Of a DNA stretch of 64,000 nucleotides, positions 37,738 through 47,718 are shown in pieces. The translations under genes and the position numbers were made by a program. The number at the start of each line of letters is the position of its first letter. Position 1 is the first letter of the stretch. The notes beneath the pieces are model-generated. The model saw nothing but the letters and a program-made list of their open reading frames with translations. It was not told the DNA's origin and ran no database searches. The stretch is from NCBI GenBank assembly GCA_026647365.1, contig JAPKGW010000003.1, positions 23,220-87,219 of the forward strand, in the 5' to 3' direction. Origin of the DNA: Phycisphaerales bacterium. GTDB taxonomy: Bacteria > Planctomycetota > Phycisphaerae > Phycisphaerales > UBA5793.

Positions 37738-39471
37738 ATGCCCATGAACTGGGCAACTCCTTCCTCTCGTCGTGGCCTGGCGCGCCTGATGGCCCTTGCC
37801 GCCGTGCTGACCGTGGCCTCGTGCCGGCAGGGGGTGCTGCCGCCCCTGGCGGACGATGCGGAGGTGCGCGGCGCCTCTCCGGGTCAGGCGCCGGCGATCA
37901 TCGACGCGGCGCCGCGCCGCGTCGAGGCAAGGACGATCACCATCGACGGCCGGTTCGAAGACTGGTCCGGCCTTCCGGCCGTCGGGCGCGGGCGCTCCAT
38001 CTACAACGAGAGCACGATCCTGAGCCTGGGCCGCGTCTGGGCGACGTTCAACGATCGGTGGGTCTACCTGCGCGTTGAACTCGGCCGGCCGGTGAACGTG
38101 CAGGGACTGACGGGCACGCTTACGCTCCAGATCGACGCGGATGGCAACCCGCTCACGGGCGATGTGCGCGTCGCCGGTGAGGGTGAGAGCGCTCTTGGCG
38201 GAGTGGATTTCGAGGTGCATTTCTCGCCGCGGCGGTCCGACGGGGGCTTTGGCGGAGTGGCGGCCGAGGTCGTGGAGGCGGGTCTGCCGGTCGTCCCGGC
38301 CAATCCCTACTGGTTCGGCGCCTCCTTCGCGCCGACCTTCGCGCACAGCGAGATCGAGATGCGCCTCAGCCGCGGCGTGCTGATCCCCGGCGCGACGGTG
38401 ATGCCGTTCGTGGGGTCCCATTTTGCGGCGCGCCTGGTTTTCAGCGATGAGACCGGCTCGATCATCGACCGCACCGGACCATTCGCGATCGCCCTGGCGC
38501 CGATGCCGCCCGTGCACACGGTTCCGGAACATACGGGCGCGCCGCGTGACGCAGGGCCGGCCGCCGAGGGAGAGCCAGAGCCGCAGGCGCACTTGGCGGC
38601 CGGCGAAGCAGAGGAGACGGACGCGGCGCCACAGCCCGAGGCCGCGCCCCCCCGGGCAGGGAGGATTGCGCGCCGCGACGGGCGCGACGTCCGCGCCGTC
38701 TCGTGGAATGCCTTCGACGGCGCGATCTTCACTGGGGGGGGGGCTGCCGAGCGGATTCTGCGCGCGCTCGATCCCGACGTGGTCTGCTTCCAGGAACTCG
38801 GGGCCGACGCGAGCGCGGCCTCGCTCAAGGCGTGGCTGGAAGAGCACGTGCCTTCGGCGTACGGATGGGAAGCGGTGGTCGTGCCGGAACACCGGGTGGG
38901 CGTGGCGTCGCGCCTCAGCGCCGTCGCGGCTCGTACGCCGGCCGACGACCCTTCGGCGGAGCGCCCGCTGCGTGCGGCCAGCCTGCTCGTGGCCGCGGCC
39001 AATCGGCGCATGCTCGTCACCAGCGTGCACCTCAAGTGCTGCGGGCGCCTCGGCGATGCCAGCGATCAGCGGCGCATCGAGGAAGCCGAGGCGCTGCGGC
39101 GCCTGCTCCGCGCCGGCCAGTTCGATTTCTCCCCGTCGGGACTGCTCATCATGGGCGACCTGAATCTTGTCGGCTCGCACGAGCCGCTCGACATCATTCG
39201 ATTCCAGAACGACCTCAACGCGACCGACCTTCTCGTCGTCGAGCCGATGGTTCTGGGCGACGAGACGAACATCACGTGGCGCAATCCCGCACTCCCGTTC
39301 CTTCCCGGCCGACTGGACTACGTTCTAATCTCCGACGCCGTGCTCACGGTCTCCCAGTGCTTCATCCTCGACACGGAGCATCTTGACAGGGAAACGCTGG
39401 GCGGCCTCGGGTTGGAGCGTGAAGACTCGCGCGTGTCGGACCACCTTCCCGTCGTGGTAGACTACCGCTGA
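37738..39471 (+). CDS. Lipoprotein with unknown N-terminal domain and C-terminal endonuclease/exonuclease/phosphatase (EEP) domain
   Basis: Start at ATG 37738 (MPMNWATPSSRRGLARLMALAAVLTVASC), which has a lipobox-like VASC. An Ala/Pro/Glu linker joins the domains. EEP signatures are VRAVSWNAFDG, VVCFQELG, GDLNLVGS and SDHLPVVVDY. Confidence 0.8.
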   Translation: MPMNWATPSSRRGLARLMALAAVLTVASCRQGVLPPLADDAEVRGASPGQAPAIIDAAPRRVEARTITIDGRFEDWSGLPAVGRGRSIYNESTILSLGRVWATFNDRWVYLRVELGRPVNVQGLTGTLTLQIDADGNPLTGDVRVAGEGESALGGVDFEVHFSPRRSDGGFGGVAAEVVEAGLPVVPANPYWFGASFAPTFAHSEIEMRLSRGVLIPGATVMPFVGSHFAARLVFSDETGSIIDRTGPFAIALAPMPPVHTVPEHTGAPRDAGPAAEGEPEPQAHLAAGEAEETDAAPQPEAAPPRAGRIARRDGRDVRAVSWNAFDGAIFTGGGAAERILRALDPDVVCFQELGADASAASLKAWLEEHVPSAYGWEAVVVPEHRVGVASRLSAVAARTPADDPSAERPLRAASLLVAAANRRMLVTSVHLKCCGRLGDASDQRRIEEAEALRRLLRAGQFDFSPSGLLIMGDLNLVGSHEPLDIIRFQNDLNATDLLVVEPMVLGDETNITWRNPALPFLPGRLDYVLISDAVLTVSQCFILDTEHLDRETLGGLGLEREDSRVSDHLPVVVDYR

Positions 39472-39579
39472 TGATCAGCGGCACGAGACCGGGGGCCTGA
39501 TGCGTGCGGCAAGAGAAAAGAGGAGCCGCCGGCCATGGAGACCGGCGGCTTTGAGATGATTCATGATGCGGCCGGCGGA

Positions 39580-40635
39580 TCAGCGGTCGCTGATCTTCTT
39601 CATGAACTCCGCGTCGGCCTCGTAGGCGGCGATGAGGGCAGCGGCCTCCTTCGCCGCAGCGGTCCCCGGGAAGTCCTTGACGATTGCCGTGAGGCGTTTG
39701 TAGGCCATGACGTGCTCACCCTCCGCGGCCTGGACCTTGGCTCGCTTGAGCATGTTGTCGGCGCGGGCTTCGATGGTCTCATTGCGCTTGGAGGCGAGCA
39801 CTTCCGGATCGGCCTCGAGGCGGCGGAGTTCCGCGGCGGCCCTGTCTGCAATGGGCAGGCCCTTGAACTCCGTCGAGACGCGCGTGAGCGCGGCGATCGC
39901 GTCGCCGTAGTTCTTCGCGCGGGCCGCGGCCATGGCGCGGTCAAAGTCAGCCTGGGCGAGAGGAGTGAGACGGTTCACGATCCCGTCGTAGCGGGCGCGG
40001 TGTCCTTCGCGCGCGTCGAGAGACTTGAGATCGACGCGGCGCAGTTGCTTGACGGCTCCCTGGTTGTCGCCCTTGAGCAGAGACGCCTCGATGCCGGCGA
40101 AGACCTTCTCGTTGTGGTCCGGTCCGCCGCCGAGCATGCGCGTGGGGGGATTGCTGGCGATGAGTTTCTCGAGTTCGCGGTCCAGGCCGTTGCGGGGGTG
40201 ACCGATCCAGCGGACGGTCCCGGTCGGATCGATGAGAACGGAGTGGGGAATCCCCTGCACGCCGTAGGCCTGCTGCGTCTCCTTGCCGCCCGCGGCGACG
40301 AGGTACTTCATGCCGCGCTGCTTGACGACGGGGGCGACGACGCTTTCGGGCTCGTCGCTGATGCCGACGAGGAGGACGCCCTTGTCCTTGTACTTTTCGT
40401 GAATTTCGTTGAGGTGCGGAATGCTGGCGATGCACGGCCCGCACCACGTCGCCCAGAACTCGGCGATCACGATGTGCCCCTCGAGGTTGTCGAGTTCGAC
40501 CTCGAACTCGTTGTTGAACAGTTTGGCGACCTTGAGCGGCTTCATCTTCTCGCCGACGTTGACCTGCGCGAGAGCCGGGGAGGCCAGTGCGGCCGCGAGG
40601 CTCAATGCGACGAATCCGGATACCAGACGTTTCAT
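39580..40635 (-). CDS. Secreted TlpA-like thioredoxin fused to a C-terminal helical-repeat (TPR-like) domain
   Basis: ATG 40635 lies 6 nt after AAGGAG. Signal peptide is MKRLVSGFVALSLAAALASPALAQ and the active site is EFWATWCGPC. The C-terminal ~190 aa are helical, with repeats such as AMAAARAKNYGDAIAAL. Confidence 0.85.
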   Translation of the reverse strand: MKRLVSGFVALSLAAALASPALAQVNVGEKMKPLKVAKLFNNEFEVELDNLEGHIVIAEFWATWCGPCIASIPHLNEIHEKYKDKGVLLVGISDEPESVVAPVVKQRGMKYLVAAGGKETQQAYGVQGIPHSVLIDPTGTVRWIGHPRNGLDRELEKLIASNPPTRMLGGGPDHNEKVFAGIEASLLKGDNQGAVKQLRRVDLKSLDAREGHRARYDGIVNRLTPLAQADFDRAMAAARAKNYGDAIAALTRVSTEFKGLPIADRAAAELRRLEADPEVLASKRNETIEARADNMLKRAKVQAAEGEHVMAYKRLTAIVKDFPGTAAAKEAAALIAAYEADAEFMKKISDR

Positions 40636-40782
40636 GTTCATCTCCTTGGACGTGAGTGGGACGGGATGCGGCCGAGGGCCCGGCGGCTCAACCCGCCCGG
40701 CACATACATGAGTATACTGACGAAACCCCTTCGGGTTGGACTGATTCCCGAAAGTCTTCCGCCGATTAATGGGAATAGTACC

Positions 40783-41679
40783 ATGAACGCGCCGCAGACA
40801 CAACCCCTGATATCGGTCCGGAGCCTCGCCAAGGGGTTTGACGGGCGGACCGTCCTCGACGGGATCAATCTCGATGTGATGCCGGGGGAAATCATGGTCA
40901 TCATGGGGGGGTCGGGAAGCGGCAAGTCAACCCTCCTCCGCCACATGATCGGGGCGCTGGCGCCCGACGAGGGGTCGGTTACCCTCTTCGGGCAGAATCT
41001 TGCGGACCTCGACGATGAAGGGCTGAACCGCATTCGCAAGAAGTTCGGTATTCTGTTCCAGTCCGGGGCACTTTTTCAGTCCATGACCATTGCCGAGAAC
41101 GTCGCCCTGCCCCTTCAGGAGCATACAACCCTCGACCAGAACATCATCAACATCCAGGTCAAGATCAAACTGGAACTGGTGGGACTGCGTGAGCACGCGG
41201 ACAAGTATCCGGCGCAGATCTCAGGCGGGATGAAGAAGCGTGCGGGGCTGGCGCGGGCCCTGGCCCTCGACCCGAGGATTCTCTTCTACGATGAGCCCTC
41301 CGCCGGCCTTGACCCCGTCACTTCGGCTGGAATCGACCGCCTGATCATTGATCTCACGAAGAAGCTGGGCGTGACGAGCGTGGTCGTCACGCACGAGATG
41401 GATTCGGCCTTCGCCATCGCCGACCGCATGGCGATGCTCGACAAGGGCCGGATGATTGTCGTCGCCGACCGCTCGTGGTTCGAGGAGCTGCGCGGCCACG
41501 ACGTCGGCGACCTGACGGAGGAGCAGGCGCTCGTGCGGCAATTCATCCGCGGCGACGCCGACGGACCGATCACCCGCCGCCGCGCCGCGACCAACTACGA
41601 GGATGATCTCCTCGGCGCGCCGGACGTGCCGAGACTCGCGCCCGGACCGAGCATTGAATCGACGCGCATCGTGAAATGA
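40783..41679 (+). CDS. ABC transporter ATP-binding protein, MlaF-like
   Basis: Real start is ATG 40783; the upstream 416 codons of the track ORF are antisense to the thioredoxin gene. Walker A GGSGSGKST, signature ISGGMKKRAGLARAL and Walker B ILFYDEPSAGLDP. Confidence 0.9.
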   Translation: MNAPQTQPLISVRSLAKGFDGRTVLDGINLDVMPGEIMVIMGGSGSGKSTLLRHMIGALAPDEGSVTLFGQNLADLDDEGLNRIRKKFGILFQSGALFQSMTIAENVALPLQEHTTLDQNIINIQVKIKLELVGLREHADKYPAQISGGMKKRAGLARALALDPRILFYDEPSAGLDPVTSAGIDRLIIDLTKKLGVTSVVVTHEMDSAFAIADRMAMLDKGRMIVVADRSWFEELRGHDVGDLTEEQALVRQFIRGDADGPITRRRAATNYEDDLLGAPDVPRLAPGPSIESTRIVK

Positions 41680-41719
41680 GTCCCAACCTGCACGACCGGA
41701 TGGATGGACCGTCCCCAAC

Positions 41720-43042
41720 ATGAGCACCAGCCGCACGCGCCAGCGCAACAACACGATTGCCGGGTTCTTCGTTCTCATCGCCATCGGGGGTTTCGTGGCG
41801 ATGATCGTGGTCCTCTCGGACGTGGCGGCGCTCGCCCGCAACAGGCAGGTGGTGCGCATCGCCTTTCCGCTCGAAGTCGGGGTGCCGGGCGTGAAGGTCG
41901 GCTCCGACGTGATGATCGGGGGCATGAGCGTTGGAAAGGTGTCCGGGATGAGGGCCGAACTCGACCGGCCCGGCGATCCTCGCTTTGTGGTCACCGTAAC
42001 CATTCCAACGGATTACGAAATCCGCGCAGACGCTTTCGCGGGAATGGTCGTGCCGCTCATCGGCGGCACGACGGCAATCGACATCGGGCCGCTCGGCTCG
42101 ACCGGCCCGCCCCTCGATTCCGCGTACTTCAGGTCCGGAGGGACGATCCAGGGCGGCTTCGCCCCTTCCGTCCTGCTCAAGTCGGCCGGCATCGGCCCCG
42201 AAGACCTGCGCAAGGTCAAGGAGATCATCAGCAAGGCGGATGCGATCGCGGCCAACGTCGAGGAAGTAACCGCATTCGTGCGCGAGACGGTCAATGCCGA
42301 CGGCCCGCGCATCGTCGAGAGCATCCGCTCCGCGATCGAGGACGCGAAGGCGATCGTGGCGAGCGCCCGGGAGAACTGGCCGCAGTGGTCGCAGCGCTTC
42401 AGCGAGATCATCGAGCATGTGCAGGCGACGACGGCGCGCGGCCCGGAACTGGCCGACAAGGCCGCCGGCCTCATGGACAACGCCGACGACGGCATCACCG
42501 ACGTGCGCACGCTCGTGGCGGACGTTTCGCCGGACGTGAAGTCCACGGCTGCGGACGTGGCCGAGGTCGCCCGCTGGGCGCGGGAGGAGGGCCTGGCCCG
42601 CATCAATTCCGTAATCGACGATGCTCAGGGGGCGCTCGCCGTCGCAACCGAGACTTTCACGACCATCAACGGCAACCTGACCACGGAGATGCCCCAGGTC
42701 TCCCGGATACTCGGCAACCTGCGCCTCGCCTCGGACAATCTCAAACTCGCCTCCCTTGAAATCCGATCGCAGCCCTGGCGCGTTCTCTACACTCCGGGCA
42801 AGGAGGAGGTCAAGCAGTCCCTTCTGCACGACGCAGTGCGAACCTATGCTTCGGCGGTGTCCGACCTCGAAGCGTCGGTGGTGAGCCTCAAGGCGCTGCA
42901 CGAGCGATACGGAGCGAACCTCGACCCCGAGAACGAGTTCGTGCAGCGGGCGCTGGCGGAGTTCGAGTCGAGATTTGACCGGTACCGCAGGGAAGAGAAG
43001 CGCTGGGGTGAGATTCTTTTCGGTACCGGAATCAAGCCGTAA
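41720..43042 (+). CDS. MlaD/MCE-domain protein with long helical C-terminal extension
   Basis: N-terminal TM helix (IAGFFVLIAIGGFVAMIVVL), then an MCE fold signature (VVRIAFPLEVGVPGVKVGSDVMIGGMSVGKVSGM), then ~300 aa of helical, Ala-rich sequence. Confidence 0.85.
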   Translation: MSTSRTRQRNNTIAGFFVLIAIGGFVAMIVVLSDVAALARNRQVVRIAFPLEVGVPGVKVGSDVMIGGMSVGKVSGMRAELDRPGDPRFVVTVTIPTDYEIRADAFAGMVVPLIGGTTAIDIGPLGSTGPPLDSAYFRSGGTIQGGFAPSVLLKSAGIGPEDLRKVKEIISKADAIAANVEEVTAFVRETVNADGPRIVESIRSAIEDAKAIVASARENWPQWSQRFSEIIEHVQATTARGPELADKAAGLMDNADDGITDVRTLVADVSPDVKSTAADVAEVARWAREEGLARINSVIDDAQGALAVATETFTTINGNLTTEMPQVSRILGNLRLASDNLKLASLEIRSQPWRVLYTPGKEEVKQSLLHDAVRTYASAVSDLEASVVSLKALHERYGANLDPENEFVQRALAEFESRFDRYRREEKRWGEILFGTGIKP

Positions 43043-43079
43043 CCGGGACTGAAACCAGCGGCGCGCGGTTGCGAGTAAA

Positions 43080-44447
43080 GTGGAAGACATGAGACCTCGA
43101 CTGGTCATCCTGCTGATCGCATACGTTGCGGTGCTGACGCGGGCGGATGCGCTGCTGGGCCGGCCGCAGAACGCGGAGGCGGAGCGTCCTGCCGCACCGG
43201 AGACGGTGATTCGCCTTTCGATCCCGCTCCAGGACGGGCAACTCAACCTCGGCACGCTGCTGGGCCGCCTTGCCGCCGAAATCGGCATGGACGGCGAGAA
43301 GATCGCCGCCGCCTGCGACGAGTCCATCCCCGTCCGCTCGGCTCTGGGGAGCAGCACGATCCGCCTCATCAACTCGCTCACGAATGATGTTCTCACCCTG
43401 AGCGTCGGGGCGGATGAAGTTGCGATCACGATTGACCGCGTGCGCTGGCGGCAGGAGAAGGCGGTCTTCCACAAGGCGATTCAGCGGCTCATCGAGTACT
43501 TCGCGCCCGAGGCGGCCGCCCTCGCAAGGGCGTCCTTTGGCGTCGTGGTTCATCGTCCAGGCGAACCGCCGGCGGCCCTCTCGCCCGAGAATGCGCCGCG
43601 TCAGGCGGTCGTGCTCATTCACGGCCTCGACGACGCCGGCCGGCTCTGGCGCGTGCTGATCCCCGCCCTGCACAAGGAGGGATACTCGGTCCTTGAAGTG
43701 ACCTATCCCGACGACCAGGCGATCGCGGACTCGACGAAGTTCGTGGCCGGCCTGCTCGAGGAAGCGCGCCGCGCGGGCGTGGAGCGCATCTCGATCGTCG
43801 CCCACAGCATGGGCGCACTCATCAGCCGCGACCTGCTCACGGGCGAGGGTTCCTGCGCCGGCGCGGTCGAAGGCGGAAACCGCTTTCCGCGCGTGCAGCG
43901 CTTCATCATGCTCGGCCCGCCCAACCACGGCTCGAAGATGGCGCTCTTCCGGCTCGGATCCGAGGCGCGCGACCAGGTCGTGCGGGCGCTGAGCGGAGAC
44001 GGCCTGCTTGTCGGCGGGTTCTTCGACGGGGCCGGCGAGGCGCAGGACGACCTCGCGCCCGGCAGCGCGTTCCTCACGGCCCTGAACGCGCGGCCGCTTC
44101 CCTCCGGCCTGCCCGTCACGATCATCGCCGGCTCGGCCAGCCCCTTCACAGGGGGTGACGTTGCGTCTCTTGTCGAGCGCGTGGACAAACTCGTTGTGAC
44201 CAAGTACGGCAAGATGTTCGACGGCGCCGAAGTTGAGAAGGCCATGAGCGACCTGGTCGCCGGGGTCGGCGACGGGTGCGTCTCGATCGAATCGACGCGC
44301 CTTGAGGGCGTCGAGGACCATGTGATCGTCCGCGCGAATCACCTGAGCATGATCCGTCCTTTCGGAGCATCGGCCGGCACGGAGGTTCCCCCGGCGATTC
44401 CCATCATTCTCGACCGCCTGTCGCGGGATCGGCCGGCGCGGCCGTGA
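43080..44447 (+). CDS. Secreted alpha/beta hydrolase (lipase/PGAP1-like)
   Basis: Signal-like N-terminus, [11 protein letters not shown], nucleophile elbow VAHSMGALI and MLGPPNHGS. Confidence 0.8.
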   Translation: MEDMRPRLVILLIAYVAVLTRADALLGRPQNAEAERPAAPETVIRLSIPLQDGQLNLGTLLGRLAAEIGMDGEKIAAACDESIPVRSALGSSTIRLINSLTNDVLTLSVGADEVAITIDRVRWRQEKAVFHKAIQRLIEYFAPEAAALARASFGVVVHRPGEPPAALSPENAPRQAVVLIHGLDDAGRLWRVLIPALHKEGYSVLEVTYPDDQAIADSTKFVAGLLEEARRAGVERISIVAHSMGALISRDLLTGEGSCAGAVEGGNRFPRVQRFIMLGPPNHGSKMALFRLGSEARDQVVRALSGDGLLVGGFFDGAGEAQDDLAPGSAFLTALNARPLPSGLPVTIIAGSASPFTGGDVASLVERVDKLVVTKYGKMFDGAEVEKAMSDLVAGVGDGCVSIESTRLEGVEDHVIVRANHLSMIRPFGASAGTEVPPAIPIILDRLSRDRPARP

Positions 44448-44586
44448 AGTCGCGTGGCGGCGGCAGGAGTCCGAGTATCCGCCCCATTCTGCCTCTTGGG
44501 CCCGGGAAAGGGATGGATCGGACCGCCGTGATGGCCGATCATCAGTGACGGCCGCGTGCGGCGGCCGCCTGGGAGTACGCACGCAG

Positions 44587-45639
44587 ATGCGGGTGCTGGT
44601 TACGGGCAGCAGCGGACTGATCGGTTCCGAAGCAGTGGTCTCATTCGACCGCATGGGCTTCGAGGTGACCGGCGTGGACAACAACATGCGGGCCGATTTC
44701 TTCGGCCCGAAAGGCGACACGACCTGGAACCGCCGGCGCCTGGAATCGACGTGCCGCCGCTTCACCCACCGCGAGCTGGACATCCGCGACCGCGGCGGCG
44801 TGGCGCAACTCCTCAAGACCAACACGTTTGATCTGATCGTCCACGCGGCGGCGCAGCCAAGCCATGACCTCGCGGCGTCGCGGCCCTACGACGACTTCGA
44901 CGTCAACGCGGTGGGCACGCTCAATCTCCTCGAAGCCTGCCGGCGGCACTGCCCCGATGCAGTCTTCATCCACATGAGCACGAACAAGGTCTACGGCGAC
45001 GGGCCGAACCGCATTCCCCTGCGCGAACTCGAAACGCGCTGGGACTACGCCGATGAGCGCTACGCCCACGGCATCGCCGAGGACTTTCCCATCGACCACT
45101 GCCTGCACTCGCTCTTCGGCGCCTCCAAGGTCGCGGGCGACGTGCTGGCGCAGGAGTATGGGCGTTACTTCGGCCTCAAGACCGGCATTTTCCGCGGCGG
45201 CTGCCTCACCGGCCCGCAGCACAGCGGCGTCGAACTGCACGGCTTTCTCAACTACCTCGTCCTCGTCGCGCTCCGCGAAGAGCCTTACACGATCTTCGGC
45301 TACAAGGGCAAGCAGGTGCGCGATCAGATTCACAGTTGCGACGTCGTGAGCGCCTTCTGGCAGTTCGCGCAGAACCCCCGGCCCGGCGAGGTCTACAACC
45401 TCGGCGGCGGCAAGGCCAACGCCGCCAGCCTTCTCGAGTGCGTCGAGATGATCCACCAGGCGACGGGGAAGAAGCCGAGACTGGCCTACAGCGAGACCAA
45501 CCGCATCGGCGACCACATCTGCTATTACTCCGACCTGCGCAAACTCCAGTCGCACTACCCCGAGTGGAAACTCACGCGCAGCCTCGAGCAGATCATCGAG
45601 GAGATGGTCCGGGTCATCTCGGATCAGCAGCGGGCGTAA
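44587..45639 (+). CDS. NAD-dependent epimerase/dehydratase (CDP-paratose-2-epimerase-like SDR)
   Basis: ATG 44587 gives [17 protein letters not shown] (GxxGxxG). STNKVYGD is present. The expected YxxxK reads FGASK. The track start 44545 adds 14 aa. Confidence 0.9.
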   Translation: MRVLVTGSSGLIGSEAVVSFDRMGFEVTGVDNNMRADFFGPKGDTTWNRRRLESTCRRFTHRELDIRDRGGVAQLLKTNTFDLIVHAAAQPSHDLAASRPYDDFDVNAVGTLNLLEACRRHCPDAVFIHMSTNKVYGDGPNRIPLRELETRWDYADERYAHGIAEDFPIDHCLHSLFGASKVAGDVLAQEYGRYFGLKTGIFRGGCLTGPQHSGVELHGFLNYLVLVALREEPYTIFGYKGKQVRDQIHSCDVVSAFWQFAQNPRPGEVYNLGGGKANAASLLECVEMIHQATGKKPRLAYSETNRIGDHICYYSDLRKLQSHYPEWKLTRSLEQIIEEMVRVISDQQRA

Positions 45640-45678
45640 GGTCAGGGCCAGCGAGCAGGAGACCCGGAGCCCCGGCCG

Positions 45679-46923
45679 ATGCGCATCACGATCATCAACC
45701 AGTTCTACACGCCGGACATCAGCCCGACGGCGCATCTGGCGGCGTCGCTGGCCGAGCACCGCGTCAGAAAGCCTCACAAGGACGAACTGCGCATCATTTC
45801 CAGCGCGGGCGGCTATGTGCCGCAGTCGGGTGCGGTGGAGGAGTCGATGTTCGACAATCCTCGCATTCACCGGCTGTGGACGCCGAACCTGGGCAAGTCC
45901 AGCACCTTGAAACGGTGCATCGACTACGGCGTGTTCTATTTCTCGGCCGCGATGACGTCGCTGACGATGCCGCGCCAGGACGTGATCATTTCTCTCACGA
46001 CCCCGCCGTTCATCGCGTGGACGGCGGTGCTGCACCAGTTCCTTCACCCGTGGACGCGCCTGATCCTGTGGAACATGGACTGCTATCCCGAGCTGGCCGA
46101 GCGTTCGGGCAAGCTCGACGAGAACGGCTGGGCCGCCCGAATCATGCGCAGGATGAACCGCATGCTGTTTCGGCGGATGGAGCGCATCGTGTGCCTCGAC
46201 CAGGCGATGGCGAACCTGCTCAACGAGCACTACGCCTCGCCGGACAAGCCGCTGCCGACGACGATCATTCCCAACTGGGAGGCGGCGGCGTTCTTTCCGA
46301 GAGCGTCCCTGAAGCCGAATCCGAAGCGGGAGGCGTGGAGCGGCGTCGAAGAGCACCGGCTCGCCGGGCGCTTCGTCGTGCTCTACCTCGGCAACGCCGG
46401 TTACGGTCACGAGTTTGACACGGCGCTGGACGCCGCGGCAATGCTCAACAATGAGCCGGTCACGTTTCTCTTCGTCGGGGGCGGATCGCGATGGGAGGAG
46501 ATCGAGCGAGGCGTCGAGGAGCGCGGCCTCAAGAACGTCGTCCTGCACGGATACGTGCCCAAGGACATGACCCGCCTCGTCATGCAGAGCGCGGACTGCG
46601 CGCTGATCACGCTGCGCGACCGCATTCTCGGCGTGATGAGCCCGAGCAAACTGCACTCGAATCTGGCGATGGGATTGCCGATCGTCTACATCGGCCCCGA
46701 GACGAGCAACGTCGATGAGGCCATCCGGACGTATGACTGCGGCATCAGTGTGCGCCATGGCCAGGCCGCCGAGGCTGCCGCCTACATTCGCAGCCTGATG
46801 AACGACGAGACGAAGAAGGCGGCGGCCAGGGAGAAGGCTCGCGCCGCTTTTGATGCGGCGTTCTGCGACACCGTGACGCTGAAGAAGTTCGACGACGTCA
46901 TCGCCGGCAAGATCGACGCATGA
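45679..46923 (+). CDS. Glycosyltransferase family 4 (WcaI-like)
   Basis: MRITIINQFYTPDISPTAHLAASLAE N-terminus typical of WcaI-type GT-B enzymes. The C-terminal half carries FLFVGGGSRWEEIE...HGYVP. Confidence 0.85.
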   Translation: MRITIINQFYTPDISPTAHLAASLAEHRVRKPHKDELRIISSAGGYVPQSGAVEESMFDNPRIHRLWTPNLGKSSTLKRCIDYGVFYFSAAMTSLTMPRQDVIISLTTPPFIAWTAVLHQFLHPWTRLILWNMDCYPELAERSGKLDENGWAARIMRRMNRMLFRRMERIVCLDQAMANLLNEHYASPDKPLPTTIIPNWEAAAFFPRASLKPNPKREAWSGVEEHRLAGRFVVLYLGNAGYGHEFDTALDAAAMLNNEPVTFLFVGGGSRWEEIERGVEERGLKNVVLHGYVPKDMTRLVMQSADCALITLRDRILGVMSPSKLHSNLAMGLPIVYIGPETSNVDEAIRTYDCGISVRHGQAAEAAAYIRSLMNDETKKAAAREKARAAFDAAFCDTVTLKKFDDVIAGKIDA

Positions 46924-47717
46924 AGCAACTGACCAAGTACATCTTCGTTCAGAACGACCCCTTCTACCTGCCGAAGGTCCTCGACAAGGTCCTGCGCGAG
47001 TTCGCCGACAGCACCGCGGGCGTCAACATCCAGAGCGTGGCGCAGGGCAGGCGAACGGTTTTTCAGACCGCGGCGGACCTCTACCGCCTTTACGGCTTCA
47101 ACTACTTCCAGTGGAAACTGCGGCGCTACGCCTGGCGGAAACTCTGCGCCAAGGTGATCAACGGCTGGCTCGGCTCGACGCGAACCTGTTACAGTGTGAA
47201 GGCCGTGGCGCGCAAGTACGGCGTCGAAGCGACCGAAGCCGTCGACGTCAACTCCGAAGATTTTCGCACTCACCTGCGCGAGCGCGGCGTGGAACTGATC
47301 GTCTCCATCTCGGGCACGCAGTTCTACGGGAAGAAGTTGCGCGAGCAGACGCCCGCGGGGATCATCAACTGCCACGGGGCGCTCCTGCCGAGGTACCGCG
47401 GGCTGATGCCGAGTTTCTGGACGCTGGCCAACGGTGAGAGCATCGGGGGCGTGACCGTCCACTTCGTGGACGCAAAGCTCGACAACGGGCCTATTCTCGT
47501 GCAGGAGACCTACCGCATTCACCCGCGCGACAGTCTCGAGGACATCATGGCCCGTTCCAAGGACCTCGTGGCGGAGGCGATCATCCGCAGCGTGCGCCTC
47601 ATCGAGGCCGGCGATCCGCCCCTGCTGCCCAATGATGAAGCGCTGGCGACGCACTTCTCCATGCCGACTCGCGAGGATGTGCTTCGCTTCCGGCGATCAG
47701 GACATCGGTTTGTGTGA
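46920..47717 (+). CDS. Formyltransferase-family protein (sugar/Fmt-like N-formyltransferase)
   Basis: INCHGALLPRYRGLMPSFWTLANGESIGGVTVHFVDAKLDNGPI carries the N/H/D catalytic pattern of formyltransferases. The start overlaps the GT4 stop (ATGA). Confidence 0.85.
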   Translation: MKQLTKYIFVQNDPFYLPKVLDKVLREFADSTAGVNIQSVAQGRRTVFQTAADLYRLYGFNYFQWKLRRYAWRKLCAKVINGWLGSTRTCYSVKAVARKYGVEATEAVDVNSEDFRTHLRERGVELIVSISGTQFYGKKLREQTPAGIINCHGALLPRYRGLMPSFWTLANGESIGGVTVHFVDAKLDNGPILVQETYRIHPRDSLEDIMARSKDLVAEAIIRSVRLIEAGDPPLLPNDEALATHFSMPTREDVLRFRRSGHRFV

Positions 47718-47718
47718 A

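Noticed and set aside
44641-46758. 705-aa minus-strand ORF, with similar shadows at 41570-43474, 43032-44825, 55439-57328, 52724-53968 and 54018-55178
   Set aside because: Each lies opposite a plus-strand gene with clear family motifs (epimerase/GT4, MlaD, hydrolase, Lpt-like, FG-GAP, kdsD). None has a recognisable domain.
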